The notes under the pieces: generated by a model
Database searches by the model: none
Told to the model about the DNA's origin: nothing
Seen by the model: only the letters and a program-made list of their open reading frames with translations
Translations under genes and position numbers: made by a program
Shown here: piece by piece, positions 51,393 through 64,000 of the stretch
Layout: each line of letters begins with the position of its first letter
Position numbering within the stretch: the stretch's first letter is position 1
Source: Octopus sinensis
Lineage: Eukaryota
Reading direction: 5' to 3'
DNA length: 64,000 nt
Assembly: GCF_006345805.1 (NCBI RefSeq)
Contig: NC_043006.1
Location: forward strand, 46,376,001 to 46,440,000

Positions 51393-53714
51393 CATACATA
51401 CATACATATATGTGTGTGTATGCATTCATACATAGTTATGTTAGTATTATGATTGGATTGTAAAATGCTTTTAATAAGAGTTGGATCAAGTACATCGAAG
51501 GGAGACATATAGAAGGATCGTGAGAGAGGTTGGGGGCCGAGGCAAAAATGCAGAGCAAGTAAATTGAAAGGAAACAGAAAGGGGGAAATGAGTTAATGTA
51601 TCTAGGGCGTAAAACATTAAAATGACTAACTAGAAATAAAACATGGTAAGAAGTTAAATGTTAGTAATCATTTATTGATAGTATTATCAGTTTTCGACGA
51701 GCAAGGGACGTAACTTTAAGACACATTTTAGTTATATTTTGTCCTCATCAGCCAAGCATAGCCTACGCTTTTTTTCCTGAAATTAGGCAAATATGAATAG
51801 CTAAATAAAGTACAAGATTGCTGACTTGTTAATATAAAAGGATAGAGGTTTTTTTTTTACTTTTAAAATATGAAGTTTCCTCTTCGCATAAACCAATAAC
51901 GGATTTGGATTTCACCTCGTATTTGTGTATATATGATTTGGTATGTCTTATGAATTAAACATGTAGCGAGTATCTGGTATCTGTTATTCATGCAGATGCC
52001 ATCTTTACAATATTCCATGTTTAAATGAAATGCTTTTATATTTTATGCACTATGCGTATGCATATTCAGCCATCATCTCTCAAAGATTTCTATGCATATA
52101 CAAATGTCTATCACTGTCATAAAAACTTCTGCCACAATTACTGTTACGAGCATGAAAATATCACCGCCGTTTGAGGTTAATTTTAAAACTATTACTAGCA
52201 TTTCTCCATTGCAATACCAAAATACATACCAGAGCCATTTTTAAACTTGCAGTCTTCAACACAAGATATCCTTGATTAAAACTAGATTATGCTGAAACGC
52301 AATATGTGGGAAGAATATTAACGCCACTTTGTTGTGACCAATTAGCAATTGAATCGTAAAAGACATAATAGAAAGTATAAACTGTATATTCAAATGACAA
52401 AAATACCGCTTCGTTTAATGTTATAACTACTGATGCGAGATCAACATTTTTCAATAGCATTGACGAATATATGTTGGAACGATTTAGTAGCCGTAGTTAT
52501 TCTTTGGTTTATTTTAGCAGCTTTCATGTGGAAAGACAGTATAAAACACCGAATTATGAGTGTTAATGTTATTTTCTGTTTAATAATGCTTCTACATTAA
52601 TATAACTATGTTGACGGGTATTGAATGTACTCCCTAATTTGTTACATGCTGTTACTATAATGTAAATAAATATAACAGGATCAAATAAGGAAGTGCATCA
52701 ACAGCAGGGTATCTAATTTTTTACACACTTTATTTTGACATTGACTTAAGTTTAATTACACACCTTAGAATACAATGAGAGCAGCTGTAACAGTAGTTGT
52801 TTTAGGATTCTAGTGGTGTGTATAAATCTCTTCTGATATGCATCAGAAGGGCTGAAAGTTGGCAAGATATTTCAACCTCGTAAAATAAAATGGGGCAGTA
52901 AAACGTGTCATAAAATATTGTATCACCAGTGTGTGCTTGAAGGTGTTTTGGACATAAGAGACAAGCTATTGATTCTGTTTCTTTATAGCAAAATCTATAT
53001 CCAAAACAACTATTTATGCACAAAAACCAGGCAGTTGTTTACAACGTCATGCAAGACACTGACACAGACTATATAAAACTTGACGGTAATTTTAATAAAG
53101 GTCGATACTGTGATCTTTCTGTTGCCATTCACACATTTCATCGACGTGTTTAAGTTTAAATCAAACTACTTACAAAGTAAACCTATGTTTACGGGTATGA
53201 AATATATTCTGAAATAAAGCATCATTGTTCTCTTTAGTCGCATGGTAAAGAGACATGATATATAGATATGATCTTATGGTATTTGTATGTAAGTGACCTT
53301 AATATCATCAACAATAACGACCAGTTCAATAGCTTTATTCGCTAGAACAGAGGGCTATGAAAAAAAAAGAGCTGTTTCAAAACAATAATGAAATACCACA
53401 TATATATCTTTTAAACATAGAAGTAGTTTTCTCAATATTCTATTGACTCCGCAAAAAAGTCTCCAATAAATATGCCAGGAATTACGATTTTATTGAGACA
53501 AAACACTTTTTCTTCGCAATCGATAACTAATGGTGGGGTGTTCAAAGAACAGAATAGTCCGTCTGGAAAACTAAAAGCTTGCAGAAGTTGCGAAAAACAG
53601 ATATAATGGAAAAAATATAAAAAATGAAAACAAGGAACTGAAACCTGTTAAGATGATTGAGTAACTTTGATGCATCGATGTGACTAGTTATTGTTAGTCA
53701 CATACAATAACATT

Positions 53715-54045
53715 AACAAGAACAATAACAATAACAATAACAAGAACTACAAGAAGTAGAAGAACAATAACAACAGTAGCAGCAAAGCAACAACAACATA
53801 CGTATCACAGCAATAACAACGTAAACAACATCACTGGATAGTAAACAATTGCCGCAGTAAAGGTAATATAAACCATAATATTAACACAAAAAGACCCTGC
53901 AATAATAAGAATAACGATAATAGTAATTATTATTCTATTAATAAGAATAATAGGAATTAAGATAATAGCAGTCAATGAAATGAAGATGATGATGATGGTG
54001 ATGATGATGATTATGAAGACGAAGATGACGATAATAATAATAATA

Positions 54046-54081
<36 letters not shown>

Positions 54082-54099
54082 TTAATAATAATAATAGTG

Positions 54100-54155
<56 letters not shown>

Positions 54156-54160
54156 CGTGG
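53715..54160. repeat. (AAC)/(AAT)/(GAT) triplet arrays
   Basis: Direct reading. Confidence 0.92.
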
Positions 54161-54489
54161 GAATAAAACAATGAAATTCAATAGTAAAATGTAATATTTT
54201 CCTTTCTAACAGAACAAAAAAATATCGGGTTTTTACACAAATATAATAAATATAAAGATTGAAAAAAAAAAGACGCATAGAATACAGAAGGAAAAATAGA
54301 TGCAGACACACTCATACATATGCATACGCACACGAACGCACGCACACGTATAGAATCTAAAGTGCTGTTGATGATTTGCTGAGTCAGCAAATATAGAAGG
54401 ATGAAAAAAAAAACAACCCAAAAGCGCTTACAATCAGTTTTATGCATTTCACCACCATTTTGTTTACCTCTGTATATGTCTCCGTATAG

Positions 54490-54550
<61 letters not shown>

Positions 54551-55326
54551 AAAACATACATGTGTGTATATGTGTGTATGTGTTTGTGTGCGCATATATG
54601 TGTAATATGCCGGTGATTGTGTATATTTGTGTTCAATATTTCTGCTAGATTTCTGGTATGTTTTAGTTATTACGGTATTGATTGGAAAATTTTTCGTTGC
54701 TATTATTTTATATGTTTGTTACGTACTTCGCTCCAGTTTTCATTTAGCCTCTTCAAATACAAAGTATTTCATGTTTCAATTTTCAGTTGCTTTCTCCTTT
54801 TATTATCCAATCTGTTCTTTGGAGCTTTTCATTTTTGTTTTCATTAACTATGTTGGGTTTTTTTTTCCATTTATTATTCTGTTCATTCACCGTTCCTCTT
54901 TCTCTTTCGTTTATTTCCTTTTTACTTTCTTCTATTATCAGGTTTAAAAATACTGCTATTGAACTATTCAATAATGAAAACATGGACCATATTTTCGATA
55001 TATTAGAAAAAAAAATTTGAAAACCGCTGACACATACACAAAAGTATATATATATATTGGCATACCTATATATATATATATATATATATATTGTGTGTGT
55101 GTGTGTGTAGGTATGCCAATATGTGTATGGGGAATATATTTGCATGCATTTCTAAAAAAAATGAACTACTTCTTATTAATAAGCATCATAAGCTCTGTTG
55201 CTTTTTTCTTTTACTTAAACGATAATTTCGAGTTTTATGCTACTTTGCTTAATTTAGAAATTTCGTTTCCGTTCTAGAGAAATATATATATATCAAAGAA
55301 GATCACTTTCTCAATACTTATGTATG

Positions 55327-55367
<41 letters not shown>

Positions 55368-55699
55368 TTGTGTGTGTGTATGTGGGTGTGTTTGTGTGTG
55401 TGTATGTGTGTTGTGTGTGAGTATGGATGTGTGTTTGTATGTATGTATATATACATATATGTACGCATGTATGTGTGTAGGTTTTGTGCATGTACGAATA
55501 TATTGCATCATTCTTCTACTAAGTGAAGTTCAATTAATGAAACACGTGGAAGCAAACATTTCAGTAGATTGGCTGCAGATTATTTGTTTTCAAACAGAAC
55601 TTTAGTCAAGAATCATTTGAATCTAGTATATTAAAAATCAAGTCAATTGGGAAAATCACATTTTGTCTTAAGCTTAATATTGATTTCAAATTGATTGCG

Positions 55700-57115
55700 A
55701 ATTCTGGCACAAGGCTATAGCAACTCCAGTGAGTGAGGAAAGTCGATTAAATCGACTCAGTGCTCAACTAGTATATACGCTGTCGATCCCGAAATGATGA
55801 AAGAGTAAGTGGAGCGCGGCAGAATTTGCAATCAGAATGTAAAGGCGGACGGAATGTTGCTAAGCATTTTGTCCAGGGTGCTAACGATTCTACCAGATCG
55901 CACCGCTATTTTCTCAAGCAATTAATAACGGTTTCAAACTTTAGCACAAACTTAGCAATTTTGGGGAAGGGTGCGAGGCGATTACACCAGCCCCGCCCCT
56001 CGCCCTACTGCTCAAATGGTACTTGTTCTATTCCCCCTGAAAGAATGAAAAGGAACTTCAACTGAGAATGCAAAGTCGGGCGAAAGCCGCTAAGCATTCT
56101 GCCGGGCGTGCTAATGAACCTCGCAGCTCACCCCCTTATATCACAACCTTAATATTGGTTTTTGACATTTTGGCACAAGGCCAGCAATTTTATTGGCGGT
56201 AAGTCAATTACATCGATGCATCTCCCCACACCCTGTCTCCAGTGATCTATTGGTATCGATTTTATCGATCCCGAAAGGCTGAAAAGTAAGGCTGACTTCG
56301 GGGGAATTTGAATTAAGTGCATAAAGACGAACGAAATGGGTTTAGTAGTTTGCCCGATGTCTTAACGGTTCTACCAGTTCACCGCTTTTCCTCAAGCTTA
56401 ATCTTTTGTACTCTAGGCACAAGGCCCGAACTTTTGGGGGAGGGGAGGCAATCGATTAGATCGACCCGAGTACGCAACTAGTACTTAACTTAACGACTCC
56501 GAAAGGACGAAAGAAAAAATCGACATGCGCGGAATTCAGAACATAAAGACTGACGAAATACCTATTTCTTTACTAAAGACAGACAGACGGATTAAGTCGA
56601 TTACATCGACCCCAGTGCGTAACAGGTACTTAATTAATCGACCCCGAAAGGATGAAAGGCAAAGTCGACCTCGGCTGAATTTGAACTCAGAACTTAACGG
56701 CAGACGAAATACCTATTTCTTTACTACCTACAGAGAGGACAAACAAGTACAGATACAACGGATTAAGTCGATTATATCGACTCCAGTGCGTAACAAGTAC
56801 TTAATTTATCGACCCTGAAAGGATGAAAGGCAAAATCGACCTCTGCGGAATTTGAACTCAGAATGTAATGCCAGACGAAATAGCTATTTCTATTTCTTTA
56901 CTACCCACAAGGCACTAAACACAGAGAAGACAAGCAAGGACAGACAAACGGATTAAGACGATTACATCGACCCCAGTGCGTAACTTGTACTTAATTCATC
57001 GGCGTCGAATGGAGGAAAGGCAAAGTCGACCTCGGCGGAATTTGAACTCAGAACGTAACGGTAGGCGAAATATTACTACGCATTTCAACCGGCGTGCTAA
57101 CGTTTCTGCCAGCAC
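55700..57115 (-). mobile_element. Cluster of about seven same-orientation SINE type B units, including a head-less tandem array (56410-57115)
   Basis: Repeated CGAAAGGATGAAAGGCAAAGTCGAC cores; junctions at 56561, 56712 and about 56883. Confidence 0.9.
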
Positions 57116-58524
57116 GCTGCTTTTCTCAAGCATATTATTAAATAGTGTTTTTGGCTTTCCACTGTAGTCGGTAGAAAGAATAGCGTTAATGGTGTATTCT
57201 ATTTCCCAAGTCATAGTGCCTATTTTAGAAATATCGAAAATTTGGTTAGATTTATATGGTGTTGCAAGGCACGAATATCGAATTTGCAGTAAATCTCATG
57301 TTTGATGCGAGTCAGATACAGACATTGATGTAAGTTGCAGGTTCGATTTAATCATCTAATCAAAGTTATGTTTATGTGCTGTTGCCAACTCCCAGTAAAC
57401 TGAGGCTATGATATGAACCAGTGACTACTTCCCCTCCTGGCCACCAAACAACGCCATCTCGTAAAAACCTTGTGACTATTATGCTATGATTTTATTTGTA
57501 TGCAGCAATATCGCTGTGTAATTTGAATTATATTATTTCTTTAAAAAATAGAGGATTAATCGCGAACACATACTTTGACTTACAAACAGCAGTTAATTTG
57601 TCGCCAAACATTTGCTGATTTCCGTGAACAATCGGCAGTAATATTGTTAGATTTCCGGAACCATTCGGGTGGTTTGGATTTAGAAGACGCACAATATATT
57701 AAAAAAGCAACTGCGGTGTCTTAAATCCACTTAGATCGGTGATTCACACATGTTATGAACACACATTATCTAAGAGATAGTAAAGTCCTCCGAGGGCAGA
57801 AGACAGCTGCGATTCGATCGGTATTCCTTTTCGAATCTGCCAGAACGTATTGAGGTTTTACAGATATGTGACTGACTAATTCCATTTGCACCGAAAGCCA
57901 GAATAAGTTACCGATCATGTTTACGTCAAAAAGCGAAGCATAATATTTTGACAAACTCATGTATCTCCTGAATGTGTAATTAACCTCGACAGCTTACGTA
58001 AATAATTGAGACGAAAATCAAAAATATTTGGACGTCTTGCTTTGTCTAACAGAGTTTGAAATATTTTTTTTAAGAACTCTATTGGAAATTTTTGATTCTA
58101 GTTTAGGTTCATTGTCATATTTTTAAAAACTTGTTGGCGCGGAAGAAGTATTGGAATATTTTTTGTCTTGTAAGGAGCGAATCATTCCATGATTTTTTGT
58201 TTCAAGTTACGTGATATTCCGAGTAATTTTTTTATGAAACGCTTCCATGTTACTTGGATTGTATGCAACTGGCGTTGTTCATCCTGTCAGTTTGAAAATA
58301 ATCTGACACTCGTAATACAATTTTTATTCTTTTATGGAAATATTTGAATTTTAAAGAAGAATTTTTGCCATGTCTCATACGAAGATATTTTCATGTTTCC
58401 ATGTACATTAAGATTGCTAGCTCAATGAAACAGAAACCAACATTTTTATGTCCTTCTGAAGGATAAATGTGTTGCGTGTAAAGACGAATCGAGTAAAAAT
58501 ATTGTTATTATTAATAATAATACA

Positions 58525-58730
58525 AAAGGGGCGACCTGTCAGAATCGTTACCGCGCCGGGGAAAATGCCTTGCAGCATTTCGTCCACTTCTTTAAGTTCT
58601 GAGTTCAAATACTACCGAGGGTCACTTCGGCTTTCTTCCTTTTAGGGTCAACAAAATAAATACCGGTCAAGTCAACTTTCCATACCCTTAAAAATTGTTG
58701 GTCTTGTTCCATATTTAGGAATAAATTATA
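58525..58730 (+). mobile_element. SINE type B, diverged
   Basis: GGCGACCTGTCAGAATCGTTA...GTTCTGAGTTCAAAT. Confidence 0.75.
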
Positions 58731-58896
58731 GATAGGGCGGCGATCTGACAGAATCGTTAGCTAATATTTTTTTGGGGAGTTTTCTTACCATTTGTTCTTT
58801 CAGCGTCAATAAATCTGAGAAACCTGTTGAGCACTGGGGTATTTAGATTTGTCTTCAAAACTTCGGGCCTGTTACGAACATTACAACGAATTGTTA

Positions 58897-58924
58897 CTAC
58901 TACTACTACTACTACTACTACTGC

Positions 58925-58967
<43 letters not shown>

Positions 58968-59003
58968 ACCACCACCGCCACCACCACCACCACCACTACC
59001 ACC

Positions 59004-59079
<76 letters not shown>

Positions 59080-59198
59080 TTGCTGCTGCTGTTGCTGCTG
59101 CTGTTGCTGCTGCTGCTGTTACTCCTGTTGCTGTGCTGATTCTACTACTACTACAACTACTACTACAACTACTGCTACTGATGCTGTTGCTGTTGCTG

Positions 59199-59250
<52 letters not shown>

Positions 59251-59294
59251 CACTACCACCACCACCACCACCACCAATACTACTACTACTACTA

Positions 59295-59326
<32 letters not shown>

Positions 59327-59385
59327 TACTACTACTACTACTACTACACTACTACTACTACTACCACTACCATAACCACGACTGA

Positions 59386-59430
<45 letters not shown>
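58897..59430. repeat. Compound (CTA)/(CTG)/(CCA) triplet array
   Basis: Direct reading. Confidence 0.95.
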
Positions 59431-59929
59431 CATTTTCTTTAATTTCCTAGTCATTCTGTTGGTTGAAATCTAATCGAAAATAATTCCGGGAACAGGCATT
59501 CATCAAAGCCGAAAAGCTTTCTGAATATGGGGAAAAAATGAAGAAGTGGTTATAACATACTTTTTCATAGTTTCTTAGCCACTGCTAGCCTTCATGCGAC
59601 CTGGAGAAGAAATAAATGACCAACCAAATCGTTTATAATTTCTACAATATGAAAATATTTTCTCTCTACTATAAATAAATAAATATAAAGACTTACTTTT
59701 ATGAACAATATTTTGAGCAATACACATACAACAAAGTCGGGCTACGATAATCCAGTTTTACTGCAAACATTAAATGTCTGCAATTGACATGGAATATTTG
59801 CAGTAAAGTAGGAAATTTGTAAATGCAAAATGATCGAATTAACTTTGTCGAAGATAATCAATTCTTCCTCCCAATCTACAAGGTGTGTATCCGTATATAA
59901 GTTTATGCCAGTATACTCCCATATCCAAA

Positions 59930-59943
59930 CACACACATGCACG

Positions 59944-59974
<31 letters not shown>

Positions 59975-60212
59975 GTACACACACACATACACACACACAC
60001 GTACACACACATACTCACACACACACATACTCACACACACACACACACACACACACACGTACACACACATACTCACACACACACATACTCACACACACAC
60101 ACCACACACACACACACACGTACACACACATACTCACACACACACACACACATACTCACACACACACATACACACACACACACGTACACACACATACTCA
60201 CACACACACATA

Positions 60213-60245
<33 letters not shown>

Positions 60246-60300
60246 ACACACACATACACACACACACACGTACACACATACTCACACACACACACACACA
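59930..60300. repeat. (CA)n-derived minisatellite with a ~60-bp higher-order period
   Basis: The motif CGTAC-(AC)n-ATACTC recurs about every 57-64 bp. Confidence 0.88.
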
Positions 60301-61117
60301 TAAATAGTTATACACTGTCACACACATAAATAGTTATATATCAGGAAGAATTTCATGCAATAAAAGTACAATCATATTAAACATTTCAAACTAGTTTTCC
60401 ATTAACATTCTTGAAGTTATTTCGTTATCTCTACTAGATTGCTTTATAGAATGCATTCATCGCACAAGAAATATTACCCGAATCTCCAGACATAATTCCA
60501 TTAAAACATATTTATAAGAGACACTGAGATTTATGATGTTACAGTATAAAAGAAATATTTAAAGGTTACTGAAATATTTTCCGACCTACGTAACTAAAAT
60601 TATTCTACCAAATTAGATTTAACGTTTAAATTCTGTACATAGTTCGGACAGAAGATCTTTAAAATTCTTGAGGCTTTGTTGTGTTTGTTCTGTTGTGCGG
60701 AGAATTCCGGATGCTGACTTGATATAATTATATATCTTGTCGCGTTCTTTCTCACATATACGCAAAGTTATATAGACTTAAAAACATGGATATACAGAAC
60801 TCATAAGTGTCACGTAAATTTCATAGAAAATTAGTTTATCTGTGAAGAATTTGTTACGATATTCACCAAGACGATATCGCATTCTGTACGACGAAAAATG
60901 TCAAAAGTGTTTAAAATTTTTTTTTAATAAAAAAAGAAGAGAAGCAATCCTGGTTTTTGAGTGCGTGGGGCAGAGGTGAAAAAAAGTTATAACATATCCC
61001 CCACGACCACCATATCACCTGGAAGGACTGAGTGAACAATACAATTAGAAAAATCCCTGTCAAAAACAGAGAGAAAAAAAGCATAAAGGGGTGGCAAGCA
61101 TATTCTCAGTTTTCTCG

Positions 61118-61156
<39 letters not shown>

Positions 61157-61734
61157 GTTATTAAAAAAGTTTAAACGGGAAATTATTCGGTGCAATGTCT
61201 CTCTGTTCTTTGAAGGATCTGGAAAGAGCAGAAGCAAGAGAAGATGATATTTTCAGAGTGATAACTTGGTCTCAATATTTGCAAAAGCATTGATATGCTT
61301 AAATGCGACCGAGGTATATTTTCTGCTTTAAATCGGATGACGGAATTTTACTATTGATTCAATAACTGAATCACTCCTTCGAGGATACTTCGTCACATTC
61401 TACTCATGAAGTTTCATTCACCATGTACTTAGAGGCTGTTTAAGCAATGAGTTTGTGGATGGTTAATTGATTGGATGGGGGCTGATGAAGGAGCAAAAAC
61501 TCTCGAGATACGGCTTATACATCTATTACCCATTTTTCATCTTCGATCTCGTTCTTTATATTTGGCGCATTGGATAGGAAATGTAACAAAATCATTGCTG
61601 GTTAAAATTTCTATGGAAAATCGATATCATCATTTGCGTTTACCGAACCGCTGTATTACGAGGATGAACAAAACACCAATTGCCAAGCAGTAGAAGGAGG
61701 AAACAACAAGCACGAAGATGTACACACGTATGTA

Positions 61735-62981
61735 TACGTGGGGTACCCAAAAGAAACCGTAATTTATTTATAAAGATTTACAAATTTGCACTTTTATCGC
61801 CTTCATAGTATTCTCCATTTCAAGCAATGCAACTGTCTGGAAGCGATTTCCACAGCTCGAAGCAGTCCTGGAACACTTGTGAAGTGATCCCTTTTAACGC
61901 TTCCGTCGGTTTTTTCTTCACCTCTTCCGCATCTGCAAGATTATTTTTCTTTAAGGATTTCATTCATTTGGGGGAACTGAAAAAAGTCGCAGGAACAGCA
62001 TTGGGCGAATAAGGAGGGTGAGTAAGCGAGGTCATGCTACTTTTGGCAGAATTATCTCACACTTATGGCGGTGTGCGCAGATGCATTATCGTGATGAAAT
62101 CCCTACTCTCCACTTTGCCACGGGTCGGGGTGATTTCGTCTCACCGTGTCTTCTGCGTGTCTTCGCCGTGACTTCCGAATTGCCAACTAAAATTTCTTGG
62201 TAGCAGTTTGACCTGGTGGAACAGATTCTATATTGGCAATTCCTTTCGCACCGATGAATGAAACAAATCAGCATCGTGCAGACATTGGACTTCCACTTTG
62301 GGGCGTGCTGACATTGAATGCTTCCACTGACTTCAACGCGGTTTCGTTTCCGGGTCGTAGCTGTACCACCAGCTTCCGTCACCAATAATGCCCATCGAAA
62401 AAAAGTCCCGCTCAACTGCTAACTGTTTTTTTCAGTTCACGACATGCATTCAGTAGTGACTGCTTTTGATCTTCCGTGAGCAAGTGAGGCACAAATTTTG
62501 CTGCAACTGTTTTCATTCGCAATTCCTCGCTCAAAATTCATTGCCAGAAGCTCCAAGATACACCAGTCAAATCAAAATGTTCGTCAATTGTTCGACGACG
62601 TCCCTCTAAGAGCAGTTCATGAATTTTCGTGATGTTTTCATTCCTTTGGGAGGACGATGGTCGCCGTGAACGTGGTTGGTCTTCAAGCGACAAGTTACTA
62701 TTCTTAAAGCATGAAAACGACCCGTAAACATGTGTTTTGCTCATTGTAAGCGGGTAGAAGCATGAGAACTCTTTCGGCCGTCGTTGCCCCCAGCAAAGAA
62801 CATAACTTCACAGAAGCACGCTATTTTTTCGTTTCAGCCATCGCGAAAATTGACGAAGAGGGGAGAAGCATTGCAATCAAAGCCGCACCCTTTAGCAGTA
62901 CGACTTTACTCGACGACGATGATTGGCAGACTGATGCCTGAGGGTCGCATCAAGTGGCTTCTAGCGGTGGAAGCCCTCGTA
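61735..62981 (-). mobile_element. Near-full-length decayed mariner element
   Basis: About 1.25 kb; end TACGTGGGTACCCAAAAGAAACCG at 61735; the other end keeps only CCCTCGTA. Confidence 0.9.
61778..62841 (-). pseudogene. Mariner transposase pseudogene
   Basis: MAETKK*RASVKLC...SLEDQPRSRRPS...AAKFVPHLLTEDQK...IIGDGSWWYSYDPETK...GFHHDNASAH...HPPYSP...NGEYYEGD; many stops and frameshifts. Confidence 0.93.
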
Positions 62982-63086
62982 CAACAAGCTTCTACACAGC
63001 TTCTGACAACCAAATTCACTGATAATTCATACATCAAACCGAGGCTATAGTGGAAGACGTTTGTCCAGTACACATATATGTATATT

Positions 63087-63190
<104 letters not shown>

Positions 63191-63278
63191 TCTCTCAATC
63201 TATATATATATATATATATGAATAATGTTTTTGATTGGACGTGAGCCGTGTTTTGTAGCATTTAGTATTCGCAGATTA

Positions 63279-63311
<33 letters not shown>

Positions 63312-63566
63312 GTCGATGCAACCGCTGTCAGTTTCAATGCTGAGCATTTTGTCCTTTGATCGAAAGACCTACGTATCCGATTTGAATTATAGCGTAAGTC
63401 GTTTGGGAGTATCACAAATATTAGTGCTTCGAATGCAATTCTAAGATAGATGCTGCCTGAAAGTATATCAAAGAGGACATTCGAAATTACACTCATTGCC
63501 GAAAAGAACTAAACCCAATAAAATAGCAAACAAAGGAATTTACCAACCAAACAAGTAACCAAACAA

Positions 63567-63962
63567 GGCGCAGTAGTGGCTGTGTGGTAAGTACCTTGCT
63601 AACCAACCACATGGTTCCGGGTTCAGTCCCACTGCGTGGCATCTTGGGCAAGTGTCTTCTGCTATAGCCCCGGGCCGACCAATGCCTTGTGAGTGGATTT
63701 GGTAGGCGGAAACTGAAAGAAGCCTGTCGTATATATATATATATGTATGTGTGTGTGTTTGTGTGTCTGTGTTTGTCCCCCTAGCATTGCTTGACAACCG
63801 ATGCTGGTGTGTTTACGTCCCCGTCACTTAACGGTTCGGCAAAAGAGACCGATAGAATAAGTACTGGGCTTACAAATAATAAGTCCCGGGGTCGATTTGC
63901 TCGACTAAAGGCGGTGCTCCAGCATGACCGCAGTCAAATGACTGAAACAAGTAAATAAGAGT
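63567..63962 (+). mobile_element. SINE type A
   Basis: Full-length match. Confidence 0.93.
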
Positions 63963-64000
63963 AACCTTTGTAGATTTTATTATGCTTTAGACAACCAGAA

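Noticed and set aside
51715-51755. Minus-strand CTGATGA-GGACA...TGTCT
   Set aside because: TAAA instead of GAAA and no stem I.
62762-62941. Plus-strand ORF MRTLSAVVAPSKEH...
   Set aside because: Antisense to the mariner transposase start.

Overview
AT-rich, repeat-saturated animal genomic DNA with no long ORF and no identifiable protein-coding gene. The tRNA-derived SINE families and extreme microsatellite load point to a coleoid cephalopod, most likely Octopus (inference from family recognition, not a database search). Contents: about 40 SINE copies or fragments of four modular types (labelled A-D here), five decayed Tc1/mariner elements or MITE types, a 5'-truncated RTE LINE, Penelope-like (PLE) fragments, two inverted copies of a 1.06-kb (TA)n-embedded element with ~197-bp terminal direct repeats, and many di-, tri- and tetranucleotide arrays that explain almost all ORFs in the supplied track. 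Top leads: (1) a tRNA-headed SINE-like element with a decayed minimal type-I hammerhead ribozyme (HHR) and an 80-bp inverted terminal duplication, possibly a SINE mobilised by Penelope machinery; (2) at least five further HHR remnants of different sequence; (3) a 33-bp-stem pri-miRNA-like hairpin beside (4) a candidate spliced minus-strand transcript at 11.9-12.9 kb; (5) head-less SINE multimers that reuse the same junction at three separate loci. All alignments and folds were done by eye and coordinates of decayed repeats are approximate.
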